From Sphagnum compactum (Eukaryota): a DNA stretch of 64,000 nucleotides. The number at the start of each line of letters is the position of its first letter. Position 1 is the stretch's first letter. A program made the position numbers and the translations under genes. Under the pieces are notes generated by a model that made no database searches, had not been told where the DNA came from, and saw nothing but the letters and a program-made list of their open reading frames with translations. Of the stretch, positions 36,875 through 49,085 are shown piece after piece. The DNA is taken from the NCBI GenBank assembly GCA_965153455.1, contig OZ234493.1, positions 6,686,213 through 6,750,212 of the forward strand, given 5' to 3'.

Positions 36875-39800
36875 AGACCCTCCTCCACAATATTACTGGA
36901 ATCCTCTCACCCTCTTTGCATCTTGTGCCTGGATTGTGCCCATTCTCATCATTCCCCCTGTGATCGCAAGCAGTGTATCCGGCCAACCTTGGAACTTTAG
37001 ACGCGCTCTGCGTTTCCACACCTGACATCGTTCCGCTTAAGAGCTCCAGGCAGCATTACTCTAGAAAGAAACTATGATACACAAGCGATACGAGTACAAA
37101 CGCTTGCAAGTTTGCAACCCGTTTACTCGATCCCCATGCCGGGAATCGAAAAGCTCCGAGATAATTAGCAACTGTCTGTGGTCGCCATGGCTTCCCTGTT
37201 AAGTAGCATGCGCATGCACCTTACGGAGTGGCCAATCGGGTGGACGATCTGAGAAAGAAGGGTGTTGTTCTGTCATTTTAGCTTCGGTCATTTCTTCTTT
37301 CTGTGTCTTTCCAGTCTGTGCTTATGAAGTGCATAAAGCCTAGCAGATTATCCCCACAAACCATCCCACATAGAAGAGCCTCTCACACTCGGGGCACTGT
37401 ATCGTCCTGTCATTTCCTTTCTTTCCCTTCCTTCATCAGCCTAGGTTTTGTTGGCATTGATTGTCTTTTGCTGCAGTCTTCCTATTCTCTCTCTTTTGAA
37501 ATGTGCACTTAAGAGAATGAATCTAGAATCCAGGTGAACAATTTATGAAAGCGGTTGCTGATGTTTTCTCTAAACGATCTACTCCTCAATCAATCTGCCA
37601 TCTTCAAATTACCCCTTTACACCAAATGCAGCTTTACAGTTAGGCTCTGCCTGAGTTTCCACATCTTTCTTCATTGTTTTCCAACAGATTCAGGCTTGAG
37701 AATGAGAACCTTCACTGAATTGTTCTCAAATTCCTCACTCGAGCTGGAAGAAGCAACCCTGGGAAATCAGAATTCAATAGAAGCTATTGTCCAAAGCATC
37801 AGTAAATTATTCAATTGCAAGGTGGTCATAGATGGGCATGTGCCTCAACACCACTAAGCTCCAATCTTAGGGTTCATATTTGGGTGTATGTGAGAAAATC
37901 TGCCACCCTTCTGAATCTATAGAAGGTCATAAACTCTAGTGGTCATCTTCCAGCTTCCAGCTCCCTCATTCTGTTCAGCACAAATCGGAATGTTACTAGT
38001 AAGCAACACACACCACCACTGTTTTCATGTTACCTTCCACAACAATTGTGAAGAAATTTGTCTCCCTGCTTTATATCCTCACACAGACCTCTGTCTGAAT
38101 CTTGATGCAGATTTCACAAAAGGTACAGTGTGTAAGCTGCATCATGAATCTGATGTCTTCTCAGATATTTTGCTTTAACATTGTGAAAGGGAGACAGTGG
38201 TGGAACTCAGTTGGATATGGAAAGTTGCAGGGAGGTGCAAGCTATGCACACCTGCCCTGCTTGTCTGTAGTAGATGCCTGCCAGTATTGTCATGCTTCTT
38301 CCATTGCTTCATAGAAAACATGGTCATCCTGTATTGCTGCCAACTAATGGTGCTTGCATTGAAGTTGTTTGGGATCAGGGGACTGGAGAAATTGGTTGTA
38401 GGGACACAAAACTGATTCTACAGGTATGAAGCGCATCAACATCTGTCTTTATTCTGAATAGCACTATAGTAAGCCTTGAGGCTTTCACATATTGTAATGG
38501 AGGTGTGATAAGTTTTCCGGCACACCCAACCATCAAGATTGGCCTTAAGGTTGAGATAACAGAAATGTGTGAAATCTTTCTGAACCTCTGTCAGTGTGAC
38601 CATCCAGCGAAGGGATGTTGACCAGGTTTGGATTGATATCATGATAATAGCATGCATGATGCAACATTGGTAAAAAATTGCAGTCCAGCTACTTGAATTG
38701 GACTTTCTTCGAGCTACCATGGTCATTGCACCATGAGCCTTTAGTTAGGTGAAGACACATGAGATCATAGCTCAAACACTGGAAGTTGTTGGGATCTTAC
38801 TCAAATAGTTGCAGCTCCAGGATGATTGGTCAAAAGACCACATCTTCATCAGTCCATGGCTCAGGGTTTCTGTAATGAAATGGTATGCATGTTTTTCTGG
38901 TTCCTGCAACAACACCAGGTATTTCAAACAACACATTCATGGTGTTCCATGCATTTTGAGAGTAATTGCCTGCTTGATGATGTGTACAAAAGACCTACAA
39001 ATGAACTTCTTTACTATATTATCTTTCCCAAGTGCAAAACAATTCAGGAGTTGCTCAGTGATATGCATACATCAAGGGTGTTGAGTTAACAGCCACTTTG
39101 CAGCAAGGATGAAATTGACCTAGATGACACTAGCGAAGAAATTCAGTCTATCGATGAAAAAGTCAACCAGGGAATCTTGAATTGATGCTTGAAAGTAGGA
39201 ACTCTTTGCAAAATTCTCTCTGATAAGCAATGTAGAGGCTACCAGATTCTACTGAGTAGTCAGTGTATGAAAACATTTCCTGCCACATGTAGGAGATAAA
39301 GAGCTTCACAACAAAGAAATTTATCCTCCACCTTCATGCTGATGTGCAGATATCTACCATCACCGAGCCTAAGCCATGGCCTTGGCTTCTAATGATTGAG
39401 GTAGAGGCTTGATTTTTCTTAGCCTATTTGAGTGGTCACCAGTTTCACCTGATTTAAATGGGGGAGCTATTCCAGTCTTATTCTCTCCATCTATCTGGGA
39501 ACCTCACATCTTACACAAACACTTGATTGTGAAGATCCTGATTGTGCGAAGGTGTCTGGGGAACAACATCAAGGATGTGCTTGCAGTGCTTATTCTGTTT
39601 GTACCCAACAACAATGCTATGTCATGAATGTTTGAGCTGTTTGCTGGATGTTGGCACTTGTATTGACCACCTCAGCAGAAGCCCACAAGTCTTGTGATCT
39701 ACAACCTACGAAAAGGTGTATCGGTTCCAAATTCACAAACCAGGCTCTGAGCTTTTGACTAGGTGTGGTGCATTCCCTTTCAGAATGCAGAGTTTGTGTG

Positions 39801-41319
39801 GAATGCATTTAGGATGCTTGACAAGCTGCAAAGGAAGCAAGAAATTTCTCAACTAAAGCACAAAGCTACTGACAAACATAGGCAGCACACCGAAACATAT
39901 GGCTGTTTAGTGTTTACCATGGTAAGGGACACCTGCTGAGGTGTGAACTTGCAAGCAGACCTTTGCAGATTTCTAGACCAAACAAGTAGAGACCTTAACA
40001 ACAAACTGCAGAAAAACTAAAAGAGAAACATTGACTAATATGAGGAAACCAGAATAGGTGCAGTTTGACAAAAGAGAAACAATCTCTTCACTGTCTGGTT
40101 AGCACCGATAGCTAGGTATAATGTAGTAAATGATTACCTGAACATCCATTTCTGACTTTGTTTCTTAATTATCAAGTACAGGAGGCCCACATCAAACACC
40201 AACCTAAGTACTGAGTTTTTTTCTCACAAATCTGAAATGTGATGGAAGATTCAACCATGAGGCTTGCTAGCAAGCCAAACAAGAATTGGAATATAATCTC
40301 GAAGTAAAACTGAAAAGAGAAGTAAGAACAAAGAAGAAACAGTAAAATGCAAAAAATAAAATAAAACAAGCACAGAGAGAACTGAAAGTGGGAAACAGGC
40401 TGACCAAATAACTTTTAGAACAAGACCATTAACTGATGTTTTCAAGACTGCACAGTGATTCCTCCACACAAAAACAAGCAGACATGCATTTTGTTGTTTC
40501 TGCTCTCTGGATGTGAACTGGAAACTGTGGAGTTAAACAAGGTTTTGACATCTTGCATGAAAAAGAGAGGAGTGAAAGCAGACATTGGAGCAGATGAGTA
40601 GATCCCAGACAACACAAGAAATTACAAAAACCTGGCGAAATAAATTGCGGAGATGAAAGTGTAAATCTCATCAATAGTAAGGGGTCAAACACTTCCTGGG
40701 GTTATTTTTGCAGCATGGCAGTGACATGAAAAAGAGTGGCACAGTCTACAAATGAATCTCCTAGATGCAGCAAACCTACCAGGCTTTGTGGTCACAGCTT
40801 TGAAACAAAGTTGAAATAAAGCTTGAAGAAGCCATCACCATAGCTCAAGTGATAACAAAGCTCCAACAAATGCCAAGATACGTTGCCTGAATTACCAATT
40901 CACAATTCATGGGGATCAACTGCAGTAACAACATAAGAGACAAAACAAGAGAAAGGTCAGTTGTCCATACAATGGCCAGGTTCAAGCAGGTTGGCAGCCA
41001 ACAGTGAATTGGTCTAACAAGAATTGTAACTGTGGTCATGTCTGTGTGTGTCAGGATTTGGATGCTAGTACTCTGGTGTACCTATTTTACACTATCAGGC
41101 TCATCTCAAGAATGCTCAGTAGTACACTCAATGTAAAAATCCTCAAGGGATTTGTGTAACTGCTGTTTGAGACCTGTTTCATCAAAACTGCCAAAGAGTT
41201 TCTGCCATAACTTTGAAAGAATCCCACTGCAAGAGTCTTGTGAGAATTCCTCTCATATTTAGACTTAAAGCTATCAAACTCATCTGAATTGTCAGTGACA
41301 TTCAAAATGCAAACATTAT

Positions 41320-42245
41320 TGAAATGCTGACCAAAAGATTCTATTGAACGCATTTAAGTCGTCAGTAGTGATCAGAGACTCCCCTGGATGAATGCTTTGG
41401 GCAGAACGTCAAAAAGCTTCTGTGCTGGAATCTGAGGTGAAGGACCATCATATTGAACATTCTCATACAATGTCAGAGACTGCATCATTCTTGGTATGTG
41501 ACTGTAGTTAGCAGTGGACCAACTTGGTTGTGTCCTAGGAACTTCCTCCCATCGCTCTACCAGATTTTGCCGGTCCATCCGGTTGATGCTCCACAGGATC
41601 ACTATGTGAATTTTCCCATCACTGTAGGTGAGCCAATAGGCGGCATCTGCACGCAAATTAGCATGTGACTCTGACACATCAACTTCAATCACAAAACTTG
41701 GCCAATCTTCTTCCAAGCCACGAGAATAAGGTTTAGGTTTGTAACCCACATCTACTTCCTTCGATCTGCGTGAATGGCTTCCAAATCTAGCTGATCCAAT
41801 TGCTACAATTGATTCATGAACGCGTAGATCCCACAACTTCCCTTCAAACATACGAGCAAACTCATGTGCTGCACATTCATGCACAACACCAACCATAAGC
41901 TTCACAATCAGAACCTGTTCTTTCCCATTGTGCAGAATTGTCATGCATGGTAGCCAACGTTGTCTTTTCTCGCGAATCTTATCAATCTCATCAAGACTCT
42001 CTTGACTCACACCTGTAAAAGCCAAGTATTGAGGTGTCTTTGTACCCTCAACCAAACTCCTCAAGCATGTCATGCAAGTCCTCTTTTAAAGCAACCAAGT
42101 TTGTGAAAGGGGCTTGGGTAATATTAGCTTATCCCATGAGCACTTCTTCCAAATCCGCATCTTCTAGAGTTGGACTCAGATCCCTTGAAGTTGATCAGGA
42201 TGACACAAACTTGACATCATTCTCCGCGCCATGGTATAAAGCCAT
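41320..42245 (-). pseudogene. Uma2-like PD-(D/E)xK restriction-endonuclease-fold protein of the type common in fungi; disrupted
   Basis: ORF 41372-42073 carries VLIVKLM..VHE, SKEVDVGYKP, DWPSFVIEVDVSES..LRADAAYWL..IVILWSI..VERWE. An upstream frame from the ATG at 42245 has two stops and a frameshift into this ORF, and there is a likely 3' frameshift. Confidence 0.7.
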
Positions 42246-42419
42246 CTTGGAGATGCTGCACCTGAACCAGTGCACAATATATTTCAACACTTTGATCATC
42301 TTGGAAACAAACATTCAATCCAGCAAACAATTGCATCAAGTCAATCTCAAAATGCAAGAAAATTGACAAAAGAAAAAGCAACTCTAATCACTTCCCAGAA
42401 CGCAACCCTAATCCTAAAA

Positions 42420-42640
42420 CTAAACTGACACAGTTTGAAAATCAGGAAGGAAAACAAAATGCCACAACACCAGTGGCATTGCATTGTGCAAGGGTTTGAA
42501 AATAAGAAAGAGAAGAATGTCACAATAGCAGTGGTGTATTGTGACAGTGTTTGAAAATCAGAAATAAAACAATGTCACAAGGTTTGAAAATTAAAAAGAA
42601 AGCTTGAATGTCGTAATAGCACTACGGTGACACTAAATAA
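42420..42640. repeat. Four or five degenerate copies of GTTTGAAAAT.AG.AA...AATGTCACAA
   Basis: The motif recurs at ~42433, 42494, 42549 and 42582, probably within a 5'UTR intron of the minus-strand nuclease-like gene. Confidence 0.6.
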
Positions 42641-43399
42641 CACTTTCAAATGCAGAGATATCAAAGACAACAAGAAACACTTCAGTGCCACTAGAGCACA
42701 CCGCCGCCTCCCAATCCGTCACAAAAAGGAAAACGAAAAGAGAAAAAGTTGACTCTGAAATTTGTTTGATCTCATTGCCTTGTGAAAAAAACAGACACTG
42801 ATCACTGCTGAACCGCACCTTCCCGCAGCAGAATTTTCAAATGCCTTCTCGCGAACGCGTCTGCTGCGACAGACGAGAAGTACGCGGATAGAAGTGCAAT
42901 GTGGTTTACAACTTGTTTTACCTTTGACAGGAGATGAGTTTTATGATATTCTGGGGTCAATTTTAGAATTTGAAAGTTCTATTCTCTTTTGAGTTTACTG
43001 CAGGATATTGTGAAGGTGGAGACTTCAGATGACAAGCCTGTTGTTCCTGTCTTGATTCACAACATTTCAGTGGTTGATGAGCATTGATCATGCATCATAT
43101 GGATCATTGATTACCATAACCTGCTGGAGCTTTTAATGCTTCACATCTGTATTGAAATGGAAGCCCTGGTGAGAATAGGGTTTCTCCAGTTGTATTTTTT
43201 CTTTTTGCCATGTTGGCAATGGGTCAAATTACTCAATCCTTATTTTATCATTTCTGTGTACTGTGCAGTCCCTCTTTTGTGTAGTGGAGTACCTTTGGAT
43301 GGGTCTTTGTGCCCCAAGGCAAACAGTTAACGTCCTATTTTTACCCCTCCTTTCTGGTGGTTCACATGAACCTGATTGCATGGATGAGATTGAGAGCAG

Positions 43400-44190
43400 G
43401 TGTTGAATGGGCTCTTTCATAGAGAATCTTACCTGGATTGCAAGCTGTTGTTGGATGCTTTAGGTAGACTGTAGCTATTTAGCTGCAAGATAGTTTGCTG
43501 TATGCTACTTCGGCTTGTAAGCAATAAAAAGGTGGTATATATTGCAGGTCCACAGGTTGCAAAAGGTTTCAGGAATTTCAAATTTAGAGCCAGAGAGTTA
43601 CCTCTCTCTGCAAGGATGAGTGTTTGATTTTATGTGAACAAAGTTTGTATTGTACCAGCCAAGCTCATTCAGATGACATTGGACACTCTAGGTTCGTATT
43701 TGAGTGAAGATGATGGATTAAGAGTACTGACTCTGAGTGATTTTGAGATGGGATCATGAGCACATTTCTGGTTCTCTAGTGTGAACTACAGAATTTTCCT
43801 GAATTGTGATCCTGTTCTGTGATTCATAAGCAGGATTGTGAACTTCTGTAAGATTCACTGGAACAATTGCCCTGGAAGGTCCAGCCATTCTGGTTACTTT
43901 GATATTGGAACTCCAAACTTTCCTACCTAGGTGGATGTTTGGAGCCTTTCTATGGTTTGTTACCAGGTTAAATCTGGTGAGAAGCCATTCCACCAGGAAT
44001 CCGACATTCGAACAATCCATGCTCAAATACGAGATCCAAAATTTAGACCATTTTTTCCACAAGATTGTCCTGACTAGATCAGCAGCTGCATCAGTAGCTG
44101 CTGGGAGCTATCTCCTGATAAGCAACCAACATTCTCTGACATTTGAGCAAGGCTCAAGCTTGCAAAAGCATTCAGCTTGGGAATCACTCA
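43400..44190 (+). pseudogene. Protein kinase (TKL/Raf-like) domain pseudogene
   Basis: Manual translation of the frame starting at 43502: ..QVAKG..LTLSDFE..PT*VDVWSLSMVCYQVKSGEKPF..FRPFFPQDCPD*ISSCISSCWELSPDKQPTFSDI*ARL, i.e. subdomains IX-XI with in-frame stops. The ORF track misses it. Confidence 0.85.
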
Positions 44191-44559
44191 TCTCCAACCT
44201 TGTATGCATTTGCTTTCACATAAGCAGCCAGACAACCAAGGAACCAGGTCATCACATAATGAAATTCCTCAATCTATCAGTTCAATAACTGACTACTTGC
44301 ATACAATTCATGCAATTTTGCTAGCAAACTGAGCATGCCCATTGGTTAGTTCAAGATTAGGCCAAATTTCTGCTTGTTTGTGCATCATCAGTTGTGCTAT
44401 TCCTTGATTGCAACACTTTGTTGACATTGAAGATGTCTACAAGTAAGAAATATTGTTAGTTGAACCAGTTTGCGCAAGCCTTGGAAAAACTTGTAATCCA
44501 GTGTCTTGCCTTGTCACTGAATGTTGTTCTGGTTTGGCTTTATTTCCAGTGGTGAGATG

Positions 44560-45534
44560 ATAGCATCGCCGCTACATGAAGCTATTCTTGGTGATGGAAG
44601 CATTACCAGAGTGCTTGTTGTGAGAAGTCAAGGACAGAACTATTTGTGAAGAATCTTTGCTTCATGAACCATGATTTGCTTGGTGGCAACAGACCCAATT
44701 TGGAGTTAATTTTGGAGATTGGCTTGGATAGCAACAAAGAGTGGAAGCATTGCAGAGCTTCTCTCCGCATCCATGCTGCAAGCAAAATGCATTGGCCAGA
44801 AAGGGTTGTTTCAACAGATTGACTCATTCTTGGCAGAAAGGAACTCACTGTTGACTTCCTCAAGGTGGCTTGCATCTTGGCAAGGGGACTTGAGAATTGA
44901 AGATTGCAGAAATTGGAGGACTTTCCAAAAGGTGGAAAAAGTGAATAGGGTTCATGTTGTATGGCTCTTGTATGAAGTGTTTGAAAGTATCAAAATTGAG
45001 TGGAAACATTTGAACGATATCATGAAAAAACATGAAGTTCCACTACAGATTCTGATTTTAACAAACCCTGAGAAGGACCCCACTGGTGGGTTCTTGGAAA
45101 GGAATTTTCTGGGAAATAATGGTTTCCTGTTTCCAGATGTGTCCACATCATCTGGACAAGTTCACTTCATCACAATCCCATCACACTGTTTGAGCAGCGT
45201 GATAGACATGGCAAAAGGTTACCAACAGCCATTTATGGATCACCTCCCCAATCAATCCTCGAAGGACACATTGTCTCTAACACAATTGGATCACAGGGCT
45301 CTTTCGGGAAGTACAGAGGTACTCAAGACATTTTCCAACATACAAAAGACAGCTCACATCATCTGCAAGATTGCATCAATTTTGCGCAGGAAGGGAGTCA
45401 CCATGAACAAAGCACCCTTCATGCTTTCTATTGTTTGGGCTGCATTAACCTTCTTGCTTTCACAAAGGGTGGATGGTGCTAAGTGTCTATTTATTTTTGT
45501 CATAGTTTTCATCGACCTCACTTATGGAGTCTAA
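44560..45534 (+). pseudogene. Downstream coding remnant of the kinase pseudogene, possibly a degenerate P-loop GTPase domain with a hydrophobic C-terminus
   Basis: In the same frame as ORF 44719-45534: RVLVVRSQGQNYL*RIF (decayed G1-like), LRIEDCRNW (G3-like), RVHVVWLLY and VPLQILILTNPE (G4-like), followed by hydrophobic segments. Confidence 0.4.
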
Positions 45535-48500
45535 AAAGCAATGTAACATAAGCTCTGCTGAAGTAGCTCAAAAATATTCCATGATAAATGTAGTGACCTG
45601 TGCAGTTGTAATGAGGAACTTCACCTGGGGTGATTCTGCAGGCTGCAGGTATGCCCCGCTTGGAGGCAATGTACTTTCCACAGGAGTGGTGGTCTTGACA
45701 GCATGTGTCTACTTTGCCCTCTTTTGGTGAGGGCTCACTGAAAACTAGGTGTGCTAGGTTAGGCTCAAGGGCTTTTTGATATCAAGTTATAGAATTCTAT
45801 CTGAATGAGCCTTGAAAAAATATTGTTGTCCTCAGGGTCCTAAGGGAGGTAGAATAACAAAGACTTTCCAATGATCAATGCTTATGCTCCTGCTCCCTGA
45901 GGTTCTGCCATTACTTTAATCTGTTTGAAATGTGGATGGGATGTGTGGTGTCATGTTAATTTGTAATCTTTGCTCACATGACAAATTGGTTTCTCATCCC
46001 TAAGAACTTCACATTGCAAAGCACTTTGACTAAAGGTTCTTGAAGTTGATAGGTATGCATGTTGTAGGATGGGTCAATTTGATCTCACACTAATCAATCG
46101 AACATTTAACAGGAAAAGGTGGGATGGAAGGGTATCAATGCAGGCATGAACAACTTACAGATTTTGTATGCTGTGCTATTCTAGTTTACAAGTGACACAT
46201 ATACAAGCAAAACTTTGAAATTTATGCTGTTATATCCGGAGAACAAATGCTGAGGAAAGGGTAAAGGTTTGTGCACATATTCTGTTGGTCTTTAACCTTT
46301 ATGGTTACATGGATAGATAATTTTGCAAAGTACATAGACTCATATGCGTACCCAAATTGGAAATTTTTAGATAGTGTATATACATTTAGCCACCCTGGTT
46401 TTTAAAAGTGTGCTTTCAAATGACATATACAAATCAGTATACACTAACATTAGTCACAACATATAATTTTCCAAAAATTGCTTGGATCAGATTTATTATT
46501 AAAAGACCAGCATCCAATGTTTGACCTTGGTTTTTGTCTTCGAAGGAAGTAAATGTTGTGAAGAGCATGCTGAAAATGGGTGGAGTGGGGACTCCTCTTT
46601 TAGGTTAGCCTATTAATCTCAATTGCATGGCTCAGTGACGTCCCTTTTATGTTGCTTATACTGGCAAGGGACTTGCAGTCTGTTCTGAGTGTCTGTGTTC
46701 TGCTTGTTCCAATGTTATGCTCATCAATCAACAAGATCTCGTCTAATTCATGGTGCAGAAAATGCTATGCCTCCAGATCCCTATGAAAAGTAGAGGAACC
46801 AGTTTTTCATGATCAACTTGAATTAAATTGTCCAATGCTAAATGCAGCTATCATTTCATGTGGAGATGATTTTGGTCCTCAGAGTGACATTACAATGCTC
46901 AACCACGTATATGATGACTGACCATGTGTGATGTTGTCAAATTGCTGATGCATGTGAAGCTGAGGAGCAAAGGTGGGGGCTAGTGTTACCAGCTCTAGTG
47001 AATTGAGACAGTTCTCAAATATATTCAAGCCCAGAATCTTGAAGGTGCTTCCTTGCAAAGTATTTTCATTGCAATACATCACGTCATCTTCCAGACAACT
47101 ATTCCACAATGCACTGAGTATTTTGCACCAAGAAATTGGGTTTAGCATAGTGAATCAATTGTAGATTGTAGAGACAAGCTCATATGGGCTCAAGTGGACA
47201 CAAAAAAAGGGGACTAAACTGCTTTTCTCATCTAAATTGGTCCTGAAAGGAATTTCACTCCCAGTTTTAGATTTGCCTTCACTGCTGCTCCACACTCCCC
47301 TTGGAATCAAAAAATCTTGTAAGGATCAAATCCTTTGAATCTTGTGGAGTGGATGCCAAGGTTGATCAAATGGTACCCCCTTTTACTCCAATTGGGATGG
47401 ATTTGAGGCCATCTCTAGGGCCCAAAGAGAGTTACTGCATGGGTAACTTTGATATGTGTTCATCAGATAGAAAAATTTGGTGGGCATCCATTTTTCATTC
47501 ATGACAATTGGCATCTACATTAAACATTCAATTACAATAACTCATTTTCTGTGAAGAAAAACCTTCAAAAGTGCCTTGGTTCGTGTAAAACAACAATTGA
47601 CTATCTATATGAGTCACGCACCAACAAGGTGAAGAATCCGTATCCTAACTGTGGCACACTGAGCCTGAGTGAAAATGGAGAAGAGGAGGGAAAGGAAAAC
47701 TCGAAGACCCAGGGATTGGCTGTTTCAATCCAATCTGGTCTCAAACTGAAATGTGATAGTGCTTGCTATATGCTTAAGAAAAATCACCTCAGGCTTGTCG
47801 CCTTATAACCATCTTAGCCTCTTAGCGGGTAGCATAGTTGTTGGCAAACAAGGTTAAGGGCTATGGAATTTGGTCAGGGCAATGGACTTCCGAGGTGGAT
47901 TGTAGATTCCCCACTGTAATGAGGAATGTTTTTTCATTTGGAACTAGGTTTCATTTTCTTGGTACATTCCCAACTTAAATCAAATTGAACTTGAGTCTAG
48001 TTTTCTCATTCCAGTGACGAGTAACTAGAACTGGTATATTAGGGATTATTTCGGAATCCTTGATATGATCGTCCATGGACCATTCCAAAGACAAATTCAG
48101 AAATAACTATCTCATTTTCAAAGTAACTATTTCATTTCTTTCTTAATAATTATCTCGCACCTTTTCTAATAACTATCTCCATCTTATAACTATCTCACTC
48201 TTTTTCTCTATCCACCAACATGGATATAAAAATCACCAACGTGATACTAAATTAATTAATTAACATGTGTCTTTTCATGTCCATGAAATGTATATTCATT
48301 TAAATTAAATTTGACATTGGCATGAATAATGATGAATTATTACAAATCGTATGAAAACATAAGGAAAAAAATAAATTAGTTGATTGTCGCTGTAGTGCAC
48401 AGCAGTGCGGAGCTCAAATTGGATTGTAGTAAGAACATTGATTTTTGTAACTTATGAACTCCAACAGGGTTTTGGGTGATTGTAGGGAAGGCTGATTAAT

Positions 48501-48860
48501 AAATTCAAAATTGGGGATGCAAAAACGTTCTAAATTTTGATATTTGACATGAAGTTTTGGTAAAATAATAACAAGGTTGGCTCATCGTATACCATCAGAA
48601 TAGTGTTAATCATTGTGTAATTGTTAATTCTTCGTGGTTTACAAAACTAGACAAATGTTTGATAAGGTTGATAATTTCTGGTATCTTGTGGGTTTTAGAT
48701 AATTGATAGCCTTTCCGTCTTGAAAAGACTATTCCAAAATGATGAGGCTTTGATCAAAACATCATCCCAATTGTTTTCCACATATGTAGGATTTCCTAGG
48801 TTTCAAATTTAGTTTTTGCAAAATAGAAAATTACCACCAATATTGCTTGCCAAACCCTAT

Positions 48861-49085
48861 GGCCCACTTTACACTAGGAGTCAAGCCCAAGGTTGAACTC
48901 AAATCAAGCGTTCCTATTGGTCCAATCACTGAAATCAGCCCCAAGGGCTTTACACTAGGAGTCAAGGCTGAAAAAGAGAACAATTTTTTTAATAAACCAC
49001 TTTATGACCCTGACTTTGCCTCAAGGCCAAAAAAAAAAACCTATCAACTTGGGAGGCCAATTTGCAATCCTTGGAGCCAATGTTG
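48861..49085. mobile_element. Truncated, inverted copy of the Tourist-like MITE at 23693-24073
   Basis: GGCCCACTTTACACTAGGAGTCAAG..TTCCTATTGGT..GAAATCAGCCCC..CTTTACACTAGGAGTCAAGGCTGAAA..GGGAGGCCAATTTGCAA matches the reverse complement of ~23830-24073. Confidence 0.8.

Noticed and set aside
36372..37025. 217-aa + strand ORF
   Set aside because: It is the antisense shadow of the patatin exon.
43899..44288. 129-aa ORF in the track
   Set aside because: Wrong frame; the real signal is the stop-interrupted kinase frame.
46500..47170. Coding-like fragments (HPMFDLGF.., RPFYVAYTGKGL)
   Set aside because: Too short and disrupted to assign to a family.
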